Shown here: in pieces, positions 44,794-59,052 of the stretch | Layout: each line of letters opens with the position of its first letter | Position numbering within the stretch: position 1 is the first letter of the stretch | DNA from: an uncultured Acidobacteriota bacterium | GTDB taxonomy: Bacteria; Acidobacteriota; Blastocatellia; RBC074 | Reading direction: 5' to 3' | NCBI GenBank assembly: GCA_963796275.1 | Contig: CAWCKY010000006.1 | Location: 416,001-480,000, forward strand | DNA length: 64,000 bases | The notes under the pieces: generated by a model | Seen by the model: only the letters and a program-made list of their open reading frames with translations | The model's database searches: none | Told to the model about the DNA's origin: nothing | Position numbers and translations under genes: made by a program

Positions 44794-46227
44794 TTATCCC
44801 ACACTCCCTTCCAGCTTTAATCCGAGTAGCCGCGTAGCTTCAACGGCAAACTCCATGGGCAATTCGCGGAATACCTCTTTGCAAAAGCCATTTATGATCA
44901 TCGAGATCGCGTCTTCGGTCGAAATGCCGCGCTGGTTGAAATAGAAGACCTGCTCTTCGCTGATCTTCGAGGTTGATGCTTCGTGTTCGACCTTCGACGC
45001 GTTATTGCCGACTTCAATATAGGGGAATGTATGGGCGCCGCATTTCGCCCCGATGAGCAGGCTGTCGCATTGCGAAAAATTACGCGCGTTCGCGGCTTTC
45101 GGCAGTATCTTCACCAACCCCCGATAACTGTTGTTCGATTGGCCCGCTGCGATGCCTTTCGATATGATCCGGCTCTTCGTATTTTTGCCGATATGAATCA
45201 TCTTGGTGCCCGTGTCAGCCTGCTGGCAATGGTTGGTGAGCGCGACCGAGTAGAACTCGCCGATCGAGTTGTCGCCCAGGAGTATGCAACTCGGGTATTT
45301 CCAGGTAATCGCTGATCCTGTTTCGACCTGCGTCCAGGATATCTTGGAATTCGCGCCGGCACACTTGCCCCGCTTGGTCACGAAATTGTAGATGCCGCCT
45401 TTGCCGTCCTCATCGCCCGCATACCAGTTCTGGACCGTTGAATATTTGATCTCGGCATCGTCCAGTGTGATGAGCTCGACGACAGCTGCGTGGAGCTGGT
45501 TCTTGTCGAATTTGGGAGCCGTACAACCTTCGAGATAGGACACATAGGCTCCCTCTTCCGCAATGATCAGGGTCCTTTCAAATTGACCCGACTCCGAGTT
45601 GTTGATGCGGAAATATGAGGAGAGCTCCATCGGACAGCGCACTCCCTTCGGGATATAACAGAACGATCCGTCAGAGAAGACCGCCGAATTCAGTGCGGCG
45701 TAGAAGTTATCGGTGTACGGCACGACTGAACCGAGATATTTCTTGACCAGCTCCGGATGCTCCAGCACCGCCTCAGAAAACGAGCAGAAGATCACTCCCG
45801 CTTTGGCCAGCTTATCCTTGAATGTGGTGGCCACCGAAACGCTGTCGAAGATAGCGTCGACCGCGACGTTCGCCAGCATCTTCTGTTCATGCAGCGGGAT
45901 GCCGAGTTTCTCAAATGTATCGAGCAGTTGCGGGTCTACCTCATCGAGGCTCTGCTTCTTCTCTTTCGGCTTGGGCGCTGAGTAGTAGATGATATCCTGA
46001 AAATCGATCTTCGGATATTTAACGTTGGCCCACTCCGGCTCTTCCATCGTCTGCCATTGACGATAAGCCTTTAGCCGCCAGTCGAGCATCCATTGCGGCT
46101 CGTTCTTCTTCTCTGAGATCGTCCGGACAATGTCTTCATTGAGACCGCGCGGGACCGTCTCCGATTCGATCTCGGTAACGAAACCGTATTTGTATTCACG
46201 ATTTGCAAGTGCTTCAATCGCGCTCAT
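44794..46227 (-). CDS. sufB: Fe-S assembly protein SufB
   Basis: [26 protein letters not shown] and EHEASTSKI. Confidence 0.97.
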   Translation of the reverse strand: MSAIEALANREYKYGFVTEIESETVPRGLNEDIVRTISEKKNEPQWMLDWRLKAYRQWQTMEEPEWANVKYPKIDFQDIIYYSAPKPKEKKQSLDEVDPQLLDTFEKLGIPLHEQKMLANVAVDAIFDSVSVATTFKDKLAKAGVIFCSFSEAVLEHPELVKKYLGSVVPYTDNFYAALNSAVFSDGSFCYIPKGVRCPMELSSYFRINNSESGQFERTLIIAEEGAYVSYLEGCTAPKFDKNQLHAAVVELITLDDAEIKYSTVQNWYAGDEDGKGGIYNFVTKRGKCAGANSKISWTQVETGSAITWKYPSCILLGDNSIGEFYSVALTNHCQQADTGTKMIHIGKNTKSRIISKGIAAGQSNNSYRGLVKILPKAANARNFSQCDSLLIGAKCGAHTFPYIEVGNNASKVEHEASTSKISEEQVFYFNQRGISTEDAISMIINGFCKEVFRELPMEFAVEATRLLGLKLEGSVG

Positions 46228-46306
46228 CTTTTGTTCTTCCTCTTTCTTCCTTATCTCTTAGAAGATGACTAAAAAGTCAGGTTTATACACAAAAAATATA
46301 AAAAAC

Positions 46307-46813
46307 TCAATTTTGCGCAGCAATCTGAACCGGGGTAGGGGGCTTGCTGCTGTTCATGCTGGTGATCTGCACGAACTTGACATCGATCGTGCCTTCCAGC
46401 AGAGCAGAGATCGGGACCTTATCAAATACACTATGAACGAAGTCGGTGATACTCGCCCAGACCGGTTTCAGACCGCATCCATCGTGGTGGACGCAGGTGT
46501 CCTGATTGCCTGTGAACTGCGAGCATATCTCCTCTTCCGATGGGATGCCGCCTAGCACGCGCATCACCTCTCCCAGGGAGATATCGTTGCAAGAACGTGT
46601 CAGCCTATACCCGCCCTTCGGCCCGCGCACGCTTTCAACCAATCCGCTGCGACCGAGCGTCCAGAGCAGCTTTTCGACGTAGGCTACCGATAGACCCTCG
46701 CGCTCCGCAATGTCGCGCACCAATAAGGTACTGCCTTGAGGCCCGTGCGCCTCCTCGCGCGCCAGCTGCAGGATGCAGCGCAACCCATATTCCTCTTGAG
46801 CCGTAATCTTCAC
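46307..46813 (-). CDS. Rrf2 family (IscR-like) transcription regulator heading the suf operon
   Basis: MKITAQEEYGLR, VESVRGPKGGYRL and three C-terminal Cys (IC...TCVHHDGC). Confidence 0.9.
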   Translation of the reverse strand: MKITAQEEYGLRCILQLAREEAHGPQGSTLLVRDIAEREGLSVAYVEKLLWTLGRSGLVESVRGPKGGYRLTRSCNDISLGEVMRVLGGIPSEEEICSQFTGNQDTCVHHDGCGLKPVWASITDFVHSVFDKVPISALLEGTIDVKFVQITSMNSSKPPTPVQIAAQN

Positions 46814-46886
46814 AATAACCCTGATCGATAGTCTGAAAGCTATTTTGTATTACTTCGTTAAGAAGAGAATGCTAACACGTGGGATC

Positions 46887-46910
46887 ATACCTGACAAGTT
46901 TTTCTGGTAT
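46887..46910. promoter_or_regulatory. Possible IscR-type operator upstream of the Rrf2 gene
   Basis: ATACCTGACAAGTTTTTCTGGTAT. Left half fits ATASYYGAC and the right half is a partial palindromic match. Confidence 0.4.
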
Positions 46911-46955
46911 ATGATTCCGATGCCGAGGTGATGTTCCGGGAATCAGGGACAGTCG

Positions 46956-47460
46956 TCAGGGAGAGGGCGGGGGCGTCTCAGACGGCGTCTCGCGGAATTG
47001 CACCGGATCCTGGCAGCATTCGCAGGGACCCGGTTTATGAGTAGAAATCATACAGACATCACAAAAGTAATAGAGGTCATGAAGTTTACCGTTGAGCCAG
47101 GACTGGAGCCTGAAAACTTCGATAAAGGAGTCCTTGCGGGAAGATTCTGCCGGTCACCTGTAGTTCGCGCTTGCGAAAGCGTTCGTCCATCCAGATCGCC
47201 GCAGCGGTGTCGACCGGGAGAATAGTATAAAACTTTTCATCGGTGGTTTTGAGGGTATAAAGGTGCCCGCGATTTTCACAGTCGGGAATCACCTGATAGC
47301 GCTTATCGAGTTCTTCGGTCAGACAAACGATGCGACCGCGCACCGAGACGGCCTTCGGTTCATCGGATGAATTACCGGTGCCATCCGCTTGAACAGGAAG
47401 CGAGAGGGCGCCGGCGGAGAGGAGAGACGATGCGATAAATTTTCTCCGATCAGTTTTCAT
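46956..47460 (-). CDS. Tat-exported protein with a C-terminal CxxC...CxCC motif, split by a +1 frameshift near 47133
   Basis: MKTDRRKFIASSLL signal. Removing one base gives ...IFPQDSFIEVFRLQSWLNGKLHDLYYFCDVCMISTHKPGPCECCQDPVQFRETPSETPPPSP*. Confidence 0.7.
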
Positions 47461-47568
47461 AATTTACTCATATTGGCGTTTCGTGAGTAACCAATTTATC
47501 CAATCAAGGCGAGAATTTCAAACTGAGGCGCGTGGATGGGGGGCAAGAAGAAATTCCGGGCGCAGGTT

Positions 47569-47659
47569 AAGTTTTTAGTTTTCAGTTCGCTATCCGCTGT
47601 TCACATTACTTAATTGATGGAACTCGGACTTTGGAAAGCGAACTGAAAACTAAAAACTT
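47569..47659. repeat. Inverted repeat built from agttttN 7-mers
   Basis: aagtttttagttttcagttcgctatcc pairs with ggaaagcgaactgaaaactaaaaactt (one mismatch). Confidence 0.85.
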
Positions 47660-47781
47660 GAGTCGTTGCGATCTTCGGTGTGGTTTCCTGACAAATCCTT
47701 GTTGTTTCATTCGGGCCGAAGCTATAATCGCGCATTATCACACAGGCGAACTCCAGCAAAACGGTCAATAAATATAGGTAA

Positions 47782-49227
47782 ATGCAAAAAAAACATTTCC
47801 ATTTGATTGGCGTCTGCGGTACCGCAATGGGGTCATTGGCGGGCATGCTCAAAGCGCAGGGCCATCGGGTGACCGGGTCGGACAAGGCATTCTATCCACC
47901 GATGAGCGACGAACTCAGCCGGCTCGGCATCGAAACCTTTGACGGATTCGACGCCGCGCATTTACAGCCCGCACCTGATTTCGTCGTGATCGGCAATGCG
48001 ACCTCGCGCGGAAACGCGGAGATCGAATATGCGCTGAACAGCAAACTGAGGTATGCATCGATGCCCGAAGTGATTCGCGAATATTTCATTCGCGGTAAAC
48101 ACTCGACGGTTATTGCCGGCACGCATGGCAAGACGACGACCACCTCATTGATGGCCTGGATTATGGAAGTCGGCGGGCTCGCTCCGTCGTTTCTCATCGG
48201 CGGAGTGGCGGAGAACTTCGGCGCGAGTTTTAAGGTGGCGAATTCGGGCCATTTCACGATTGAGGGGGATGAGTACGACACCGTTTTCTGGGATAAAGGC
48301 CCGAAGTTCCTGCATTATCTTCCTGATCTCCTGATCCTCAACAACATCGAATATGATCACGCGGACATTTATCCGACCCTCGATGCCGTAAAAAAAGCCT
48401 TCCGCCTGATCGTCAACTTGGTCCCGGCGAATGGGCGTTTGATAGCCGGATGGGATTCCCCCGTTGTGCGCGAGATTATCGAGAATCCGATCGCGCCTCA
48501 GGGCGTATGGTGTGCGGTGGAGCGCTTCGGTATTGAACATCCTGAGGCCAAGTGGACCGCGCGCTCTCTCGAATTTTTGCCCGAAGAGACGCGATTCAAA
48601 GTCTGGTGCGGAGCGCGGGAATATGCCGAATTCCGCACGCCGCTGGCCGGAATGTATAATGTGAAAAATTGTCTGGGCGCGATTGCCGCGGCCGATGTTT
48701 TAGGCATCGAACGCAAAGCCGTGCTGGACGCCATAGCCACATTCAAGAGCGTCAAACGCCGGATGCAGGTGCGCGGTGCGATAAATGGCATCACAGTGAT
48801 CGACGATTTTGCGCACCACCCGACTGCGATCCGTGAAACATTGCGAGCTGCCAAACAGAAACATCCCACGCAACGCATCGTCGCTATCTTCGAGCCGCGA
48901 TCGTGGACGACGCGCAAGAAGGTCTTCCAGAAGGACTACCCGCCGGCTTTCGCTGCCGCCGATTACGTCATAATCGCATCGCTATTTGAGTCGTTCCGCT
49001 TGGCGGCCGAGGATCAGTTGTCGATTGATGAAGTGATCGCCGATTTGAAAGCCCAAGGCAAAGCAGCATTTTCGATTGAGGGCGCGGATGCAATTGTCGA
49101 ACACCTGGCCCCGGAACTGCTCTCCGGCGACGTCGTGGTTATTATGTCGAATGGCGGTTTTGGTGGTATCCATCAGAAATTGTTGAACTTATTAGAGACT
49201 GGAATGAATACGAAACCGGCGAGCTAA
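47782..49227 (+). CDS. mpl: Murein peptide ligase
   Basis: HLIGVCGTAMGSLA, YPPMSD, AGTHGKTTT, IEGDEYDT, DDFAHHPTAI and MSNGGFGGIH. Confidence 0.92.
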   Translation: MQKKHFHLIGVCGTAMGSLAGMLKAQGHRVTGSDKAFYPPMSDELSRLGIETFDGFDAAHLQPAPDFVVIGNATSRGNAEIEYALNSKLRYASMPEVIREYFIRGKHSTVIAGTHGKTTTTSLMAWIMEVGGLAPSFLIGGVAENFGASFKVANSGHFTIEGDEYDTVFWDKGPKFLHYLPDLLILNNIEYDHADIYPTLDAVKKAFRLIVNLVPANGRLIAGWDSPVVREIIENPIAPQGVWCAVERFGIEHPEAKWTARSLEFLPEETRFKVWCGAREYAEFRTPLAGMYNVKNCLGAIAAADVLGIERKAVLDAIATFKSVKRRMQVRGAINGITVIDDFAHHPTAIRETLRAAKQKHPTQRIVAIFEPRSWTTRKKVFQKDYPPAFAAADYVIIASLFESFRLAAEDQLSIDEVIADLKAQGKAAFSIEGADAIVEHLAPELLSGDVVVIMSNGGFGGIHQKLLNLLETGMNTKPAS

Positions 49228-49300
49228 GCGTTACAGAAGATTCACCGCAATCATCATAATAAATAGTATATATAGTGAATCACTGATCATTCAAAATGGA

Positions 49301-52300
49301 GTGCCAATTGAAGACCCGACAGATACAGCTTCAGTTCCTCATCTTTTTTTTCTAACCGTTGCTGCCAGCTGGTTTGAATCGGTTCAAAGTTCCACCCAGG
49401 AAAATCATTCATTTAAAAAGCTCATCGATACGCGACATAGCCTGGCTCCGCGCGCCGTCAAAAAATACAGGCTGCCCGCCGGCCCGAGGGGGCAGGTCAG
49501 TTCGTTGCTCGTTTCGCTTCCCGAGCCCGCCCGGCTGGGCGCTGGCGATACCCTGCTGGTTACGCTGCGCCGCGGAAACAGGACGATCGCCAGCAAATCT
49601 CTGCATACCGGCGACCCAGATCTCTACACGCTCTTTCGCTTGAATGGCGATGCGGGAGAGATCGAGATCACATCATCAGCTTCTCTCCCGGTCGACCATA
49701 CGATCACAGTCCTCCAATGGCGAGCACCCGCGAAATCGGCCGCGCTGGCAGAGAGCGAGCCGAATGATTCCTGGAAAGATGCGAATGCGTTCAAACTCGG
49801 TCAGACGGTCTGGGCATCGGCCGATGACAAGCCGTACGTCTTACCGTTCGCCGAAACGAAGCAGAATGGCGCCGTGCCTTATCAGCAATCACCCGATCTT
49901 ACGGATGAACGGTTGCCTGAAGGCGGAATCGACTGGTTTCAATTCACCTACGACGGCGAAGAGCCGAAACTCGTCCATTTCGAACTCGACCTGCTCGAAC
50001 GGGATAACATACCAGTCGATGTTTCGGTTTTCACCGTCGAGAAGGGCGAGGCGAAAGTATATGATCGGGGGGCTGATCCGGTTACGCCGCCTCACGAAGT
50101 GCAGGCATTGCCAGGCAACAAATTCACCACCCGCGTGATCACAAAGGGCACCTACTATCTGCGCGTCGATGCGAACCACGTTTTTTATCAACTGCGAACC
50201 GCGGTTTACGACGTGCCGCCATATGACGATGCGGCCAGGGCGGTGCGCGCGGGAATGGATTACATCATCAGCGCCGGTGACAGCTGGCACGCCAACACGC
50301 CGCGACACGGCGGCATCGTTAATCGCGTGGCGAGCAACCATTTTGAGACGCAGCTATGCATCGCCTGCCACGCCACGCATTTTTCGACGCGCGCCGAACT
50401 GATCGCCAATCAGAACGGCTACCCGGTGGTGAAGCGGTCTTCGTTGCAATTTCTGACCGAGCGCCTGGCCAACAATCCGCTGCCCTTTTACGGCCATCCT
50501 GATGCCTACTGGACGCGCGTCATCAGCGCTTCGGCCAATGTCATGAGCCGCCTGGCTTCGCTCGTCGATCAATATGACCGCGAGTTCACGGGCGAGAAGC
50601 GTTTATCGCTGCTCAAAGGTGTCGGCGGTTATCTGAAGATTTATTACAAGGGGCGCGCTGATCTTCCGAATGATGAAAGCAACGGTAATACGCCGCTTGT
50701 CAGCACCTACGAAGTCGCCTGGTATAGTTGGAAGGTCTTCAATGAGTTGCTCAATGTCACCGGAGAAGGCGAATATCGCGAATACCGCGACCACGTGCGC
50801 AAGCTGATTGAGCAGGAAAAGGTCAAAAACAATATCGACCTTTGTTACCAGACCATGGCTTTCGTTACGATAGATCGCGCGGCATATAACGAGAGAATAA
50901 AACGCAATGCCGAAAGGATATTATCCTTACAACGGCCGGACGGCCGGTGGTCGATGTTATTTGACGCGGACAGCCCATCAGTCGAGTTTCAGACTTTTCA
51001 TTCTCTCTATGTTCTAGCGCTTGCCGGATACGGTAAGGAGAATCCGCAGGTAGCCAAGACGCTGAAGTTACTCCTCGAACGCCAGCAGGAATGGGGGGGA
51101 TGGTTCGATCCGAAACAATCATATGAAAATTTCGGAACGCCGTTCCGCGAGACTCAATTTGCAGTGATGGCCCTCTCGGAGCTCTATAAAAAAGAATCGA
51201 TCAAGGGTTGGCAAACGGGCGCGGGGGAACGGACGGGGCGATCGGCGGATAGCGGACCGTTCGCGCGACTGCAGCAGATCGATAATATCTGGGACGAACC
51301 GGGGCAGCAGGTTACCGATCAGCTGCGGGCGAGCCTCGAAAGCGATGAGCCACTGATCCGGATGTCGGCCGCCGCGGCTCTCGGTCGGATCGGGACGAAA
51401 GAGGCTTTAGACCCCTTAATCCGAATACTGGGTGATCGCAGTAAGCTCGTACAGATTGCAGCCGCGCAGGCCTTACGCCGGATCGCTTCGAAACATCAGA
51501 TCGGCTCCGCTGAGATGATAGCCGCGTTAAGTCAGCCGGATGAGCGGGTTCGATGGGGCGCGACTCGCATCTTCGCCCAGCATTTCGCGTACCTGAGCGG
51601 AAATACCGCGGTTGCCGATAAACTGGTCGATCTGCTAGCTGATACGTCGGTCACCGTACGAATGCAGGCCGCGAAATCGCTTGTTCAGTGGTTCTACTGG
51701 TCGAAGGACGAATCCCTGCGAGACCGCATCGCAGATGCCTTCATTTCGCGCATGGCGGTGCAGGAGCATCCCTGGATGCGGCGCAACCTGCTAGAGGGCT
51801 TCTACAGTCTGGCTGACGAGAACGTCCGTTATCTTTACAACAATTGGATCGGGCACCTCCCGCAGAAGGAAGACCGCGACCAGGCGGCATCAGGGCATCA
51901 TGAAGCCAGTCGACGGATGGCTGAACGTATAGCGCGCGCTCTCGAAAATGGTAATGAGCTTCAGCGCGCAGGACTGCTGAGCGGGATGACCGCATTTCAT
52001 CTGCGGAGCGGTGGCTATACAAATGCGGGCCGATACACGCGCATTGGCAATGACGTTGAAACGATAAAATTCTATGAGGAGGGCGCGCCGTCATTGGGAC
52101 GCGCTCTCACACCACTGGTCGATTCTCCGGATCCTGTCGTACGGCGGCAGGCGGTTCTGGCGTCCTATATGTTGCGCGACAATACGCTGGCTCATTTGCC
52201 CCTGCTCGTCATGCGGCGGCTCAACGATTCCGATGCCGCTGTTCGTGGAGTCACCGGCGAGTTTTACCGAGCGCTTCCGCTGAAAGTCGTGGAGCAAAAC

Positions 52301-53341
52301 AGACGCGAGGCGGTTAAAGTCCTCAAAGAACTATTGGTCAGCCATTATCCGGAGGCGCAAATAGCCGCGCTGGATCGCATCAAGACGCTCGGCCGCGATT
52401 TCGCGCGCAGCGAGAAGTTCGATGACGATGTGCGCGGTTTTGTCTTACGCGGGAGCGGAGAGGTAGACCCGAAGACGGGCGGTGCGGCATTGCTCGCCCT
52501 CCTCGACTTTCCCGAGCTGATAAACGAAGCCGAGGTGCAGCAACGGGTAGTCTCGGGGCTGCAATCGTCGGATGCGAATCTCTCCCGTGCTGCCTCACAG
52601 CTCATCCTGCTCTCGCCGCAACTGCGCGGACTTCCGGCTATCGGGTCTGCTCTTGATGAGTTGCTGAAGACTCAATCGGCCGCGAAGCAGAGGATGATTC
52701 TCGATCTCATCAATGCTGAAACACGGGTTGAAGACGATCTCCGGATGATCATTCTCCTGACTGAATGTCTGGAATCCCCGGATGAAAAAGTTCGATCGTC
52801 AGCGCTCAACGCGGTTCGCCGGGTGAAGAAGATACAAGCTAACGCTGCCATACGCGCCGGACTGGCCAAACTATCGAAGGACCCGAACCAGCGGCTGCAG
52901 GGGCTGGCTATTGCGATCTATCAAGGGCAGGATAGCGGTGTTGCGCTCGATCTCCGCGCCGAGGAGGTGCTCGATTACAACTTCTTCGTCGATCGCGTTA
53001 TGCCGCTCCTTTCGCTAAAAGGGGGAGACGGAAATGCCTGCATCAACTGCCACTCTACGCACGCCATATTCAAACTTATAGAACCGGATAAATCCGGGCG
53101 ATTTTCCGACGGGCAATTGCGCGAGAATTACCGATCAGCCTTGAAAGTGGTCGATCTCGGGAGCCCGGAAAATAGCCTTATCTTGCGCAAGCCGACGAGC
53201 GATTCGAGCGTAGAGGGAATTGCCGGAGCGAAGAGTACCGCCCACGGAGGCGGAGTGAGATGGCAGGGTACCAACGATCCGGCGTATCAGACGGTATTGG
53301 AGTGGATCAGCGGGGCAAGAATGAAAACCACGACCAGATGA
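49301..53341 (+). CDS. Large multidomain protein: PPC-like N-terminus, CxxCH, prenyltransferase/squalene-cyclase-like barrel, HEAT repeats, C-terminal CxxCH
   Basis: ESEPNDS, CIACH, LQRPDGRW and RQQEWGGW (QW-like), repeated VRxxAAxALG-like units, CINCH...LRKPT...HGGG. True start may be TTG 49308. Confidence 0.75.
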   Translation: MPIEDPTDTASVPHLFFLTVAASWFESVQSSTQENHSFKKLIDTRHSLAPRAVKKYRLPAGPRGQVSSLLVSLPEPARLGAGDTLLVTLRRGNRTIASKSLHTGDPDLYTLFRLNGDAGEIEITSSASLPVDHTITVLQWRAPAKSAALAESEPNDSWKDANAFKLGQTVWASADDKPYVLPFAETKQNGAVPYQQSPDLTDERLPEGGIDWFQFTYDGEEPKLVHFELDLLERDNIPVDVSVFTVEKGEAKVYDRGADPVTPPHEVQALPGNKFTTRVITKGTYYLRVDANHVFYQLRTAVYDVPPYDDAARAVRAGMDYIISAGDSWHANTPRHGGIVNRVASNHFETQLCIACHATHFSTRAELIANQNGYPVVKRSSLQFLTERLANNPLPFYGHPDAYWTRVISASANVMSRLASLVDQYDREFTGEKRLSLLKGVGGYLKIYYKGRADLPNDESNGNTPLVSTYEVAWYSWKVFNELLNVTGEGEYREYRDHVRKLIEQEKVKNNIDLCYQTMAFVTIDRAAYNERIKRNAERILSLQRPDGRWSMLFDADSPSVEFQTFHSLYVLALAGYGKENPQVAKTLKLLLERQQEWGGWFDPKQSYENFGTPFRETQFAVMALSELYKKESIKGWQTGAGERTGRSADSGPFARLQQIDNIWDEPGQQVTDQLRASLESDEPLIRMSAAAALGRIGTKEALDPLIRILGDRSKLVQIAAAQALRRIASKHQIGSAEMIAALSQPDERVRWGATRIFAQHFAYLSGNTAVADKLVDLLADTSVTVRMQAAKSLVQWFYWSKDESLRDRIADAFISRMAVQEHPWMRRNLLEGFYSLADENVRYLYNNWIGHLPQKEDRDQAASGHHEASRRMAERIARALENGNELQRAGLLSGMTAFHLRSGGYTNAGRYTRIGNDVETIKFYEEGAPSLGRALTPLVDSPDPVVRRQAVLASYMLRDNTLAHLPLLVMRRLNDSDAAVRGVTGEFYRALPLKVVEQNRREAVKVLKELLVSHYPEAQIAALDRIKTLGRDFARSEKFDDDVRGFVLRGSGEVDPKTGGAALLALLDFPELINEAEVQQRVVSGLQSSDANLSRAASQLILLSPQLRGLPAIGSALDELLKTQSAAKQRMILDLINAETRVEDDLRMIILLTECLESPDEKVRSSALNAVRRVKKIQANAAIRAGLAKLSKDPNQRLQGLAIAIYQGQDSGVALDLRAEEVLDYNFFVDRVMPLLSLKGGDGNACINCHSTHAIFKLIEPDKSGRFSDGQLRENYRSALKVVDLGSPENSLILRKPTSDSSVEGIAGAKSTAHGGGVRWQGTNDPAYQTVLEWISGARMKTTTR

Positions 53342-53701
53342 ACGAATGTGCTAGTTAAAACAGAAACCATGGGCGTCGAGGCGCAAATTGGCATATCTTT
53401 TATCCTCGGCGTATTTGTATTTTTGCCCCGTTTTTGCCCCGTTGCGGCAAACTCTATTCCTTATACAAGCGCCACAATTACTTGTCTCGAATTACTGTAT
53501 TAATTGAATTATTTGATAATTACCCGCCTGTTGCCATTAGCGATCTCAAACATAATATCAAGACCGGCAATGCATTTTTTCGAGCAGCGGAGATGAAGTT
53601 GCAAAAGTGGTTAAAAAGACTTCTGTAAGGGTTGGAAATAATGCCTTTTTCAGCGCTAAATATTTGCAGCCAAAGCGATTATCCTGTGATAGAATATCAA
53701 T

Positions 53702-57409
<3,708 letters not shown>

Positions 57410-57412
57410 TAT

Positions 57413-57504
57413 AGTTGATAGTTGACAATTGATAGTTGATAGTTCGTATAGATTGTTTCCACGGTGTATACGAACTATCAACTATCAACTATCAATTATC
57501 AACT
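57413..57504. repeat. Inverted RTYRAY 7-mer array between convergent gyrB and spoVR
   Basis: agttgatagttgacaattgatagttgatagttcgtata pairs with tatacgaactatcaactatcaactatcaattatcaact. Confidence 0.92.
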
Positions 57505-58908
57505 TTCACTGTGTTCTTCTCCATCGTAATGCCAAACTGTCGATTCATCCTCGATCCTGGTTTCGAGATGAACGGGACGCCCCCAGAGTTTGTACACGTA
57601 TTCGAGTACTTTCCGAGCGTATCGCTGGTCTAGTTCGGCGGTCTCGTATCGATGATTCAAATATAATTCGCGGTTGCCGTCGTAATCTCCATCGATGACT
57701 TCGATGTAGGGATATCCGAAGTTGGTCATGTTCGAGACTAATTGATCGCGCACGCGTTCCCAGCGCTTCTCGGTCACCGTCCATTCTTCCTCCTCGACCA
57801 ACTCATAAACGAAAAGATCCAGATCTTCGCACAAATCCTCGGTCAGATAGTTGCGGAGGAAAGAGACGTCATTATCGAGCTCGCGTACTTCCATGATCTT
57901 CGCCCACCCTTCGCCAGGTTTGCGATCGAACTTCTCCTGTTCCTCTTTGCTCGGATTGTTCCAGCGGCGTTCGATGTCTTCGAGAATCTTGTAGCCCAGA
58001 TAATAGGGATTGAGTTGATTGCGGTGCGGGGAGACGACGCCAGCGTGCAATTCGGCGAATTCAAGGTGTTCGTGATCCGGCAGGTCCAGCTCCCGCATAA
58101 TTCTCGAGTGGAGAAGCGATGCGAATCCCTCGTTCATTATCTTCGTTTGCATCTGCGGCACGAAATAGAGCATCTCGTCATGGATCATGGAGATGATATC
58201 GCGCTGCCAGGGTTGGAGGATCGGCGAGTTATGCATTAAGAACCAGATCAGGTCTTTCTCCGGCGCCGTCTTCTCCTCCTGCTTCTTGGCGGCTTCTGCT
58301 TTCTCGATCGCCTCGCGTTCCTGGGTCGACATCAGGTCATCGTAACGGCCGGTGAATGCCTTCTTCGTCTCTTTTTCGGGCTCGTCTCCGTTACGGCGTT
58401 TCTTTATGAAAAAGTTCGGATCGACGTGCTCTTCAATGGAGAGCACCGAATCGAGGAAATCTTCCACGACTTTTCGGCCGTGTTTGAACTCATATTCGTT
58501 GATGCGGCGCGCGTGCATCGCTGCGTCATCGACCATCCGGCGGTTGGTCTGCGAGAAGTAGACGTTATGTTTGAAGAAATCTACGTGACCCAGCACGTGG
58601 GCGATGACCAGCTTGTTCTGCAACAGAGAATTGGTTTCCAGCAGAAATGCGTATGAGGGATTGGCATTGATCACGACCTCATATATCTTCGACAGGCCGA
58701 AGTCATACATTGTCTTCATCTTGTAATAGGCCTTGCCGAACGTCCAATGGGAGTAACGGCCGGGCAGAGCGTAAGAGCCTATTTCGTACATGACTGTCGC
58801 AGGCACGATTTCGAACCTCGTCGGAAACGGGTCGAGGCCGAATTTCCCGGTCGCAATATCCCAGATCCTTTCCAGCGCTTTTTCGAGCTCTTTCACTTCA
58901 TTGTCCAT
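57499..58908 (-). CDS. spoVR: SpoVR family protein
   Basis: [41 protein letters not shown] and NPYYLG. Confidence 0.92.
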   Translation of the reverse strand: MDNEVKELEKALERIWDIATGKFGLDPFPTRFEIVPATVMYEIGSYALPGRYSHWTFGKAYYKMKTMYDFGLSKIYEVVINANPSYAFLLETNSLLQNKLVIAHVLGHVDFFKHNVYFSQTNRRMVDDAAMHARRINEYEFKHGRKVVEDFLDSVLSIEEHVDPNFFIKKRRNGDEPEKETKKAFTGRYDDLMSTQEREAIEKAEAAKKQEEKTAPEKDLIWFLMHNSPILQPWQRDIISMIHDEMLYFVPQMQTKIMNEGFASLLHSRIMRELDLPDHEHLEFAELHAGVVSPHRNQLNPYYLGYKILEDIERRWNNPSKEEQEKFDRKPGEGWAKIMEVRELDNDVSFLRNYLTEDLCEDLDLFVYELVEEEEWTVTEKRWERVRDQLVSNMTNFGYPYIEVIDGDYDGNRELYLNHRYETAELDQRYARKVLEYVYKLWGRPVHLETRIEDESTVWHYDGEEHSES

Positions 58909-59052
58909 ATCTTCCCTCAAACTTTCTGACGCCTTGAGCGTACGTCATTATCAATATAGCACATCGATCGAGGGGGAGCGATGACTCGACTTTTCCGGTG
59001 GGCGATGAGATTATCGACTATGATTGAACGAATACACCAAAACGGTGATTGA

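Noticed and set aside
53342-53701. Replication origin upstream of recF
   Set aside because: AT-rich, but no cluster of good DnaA boxes and no dnaA gene.
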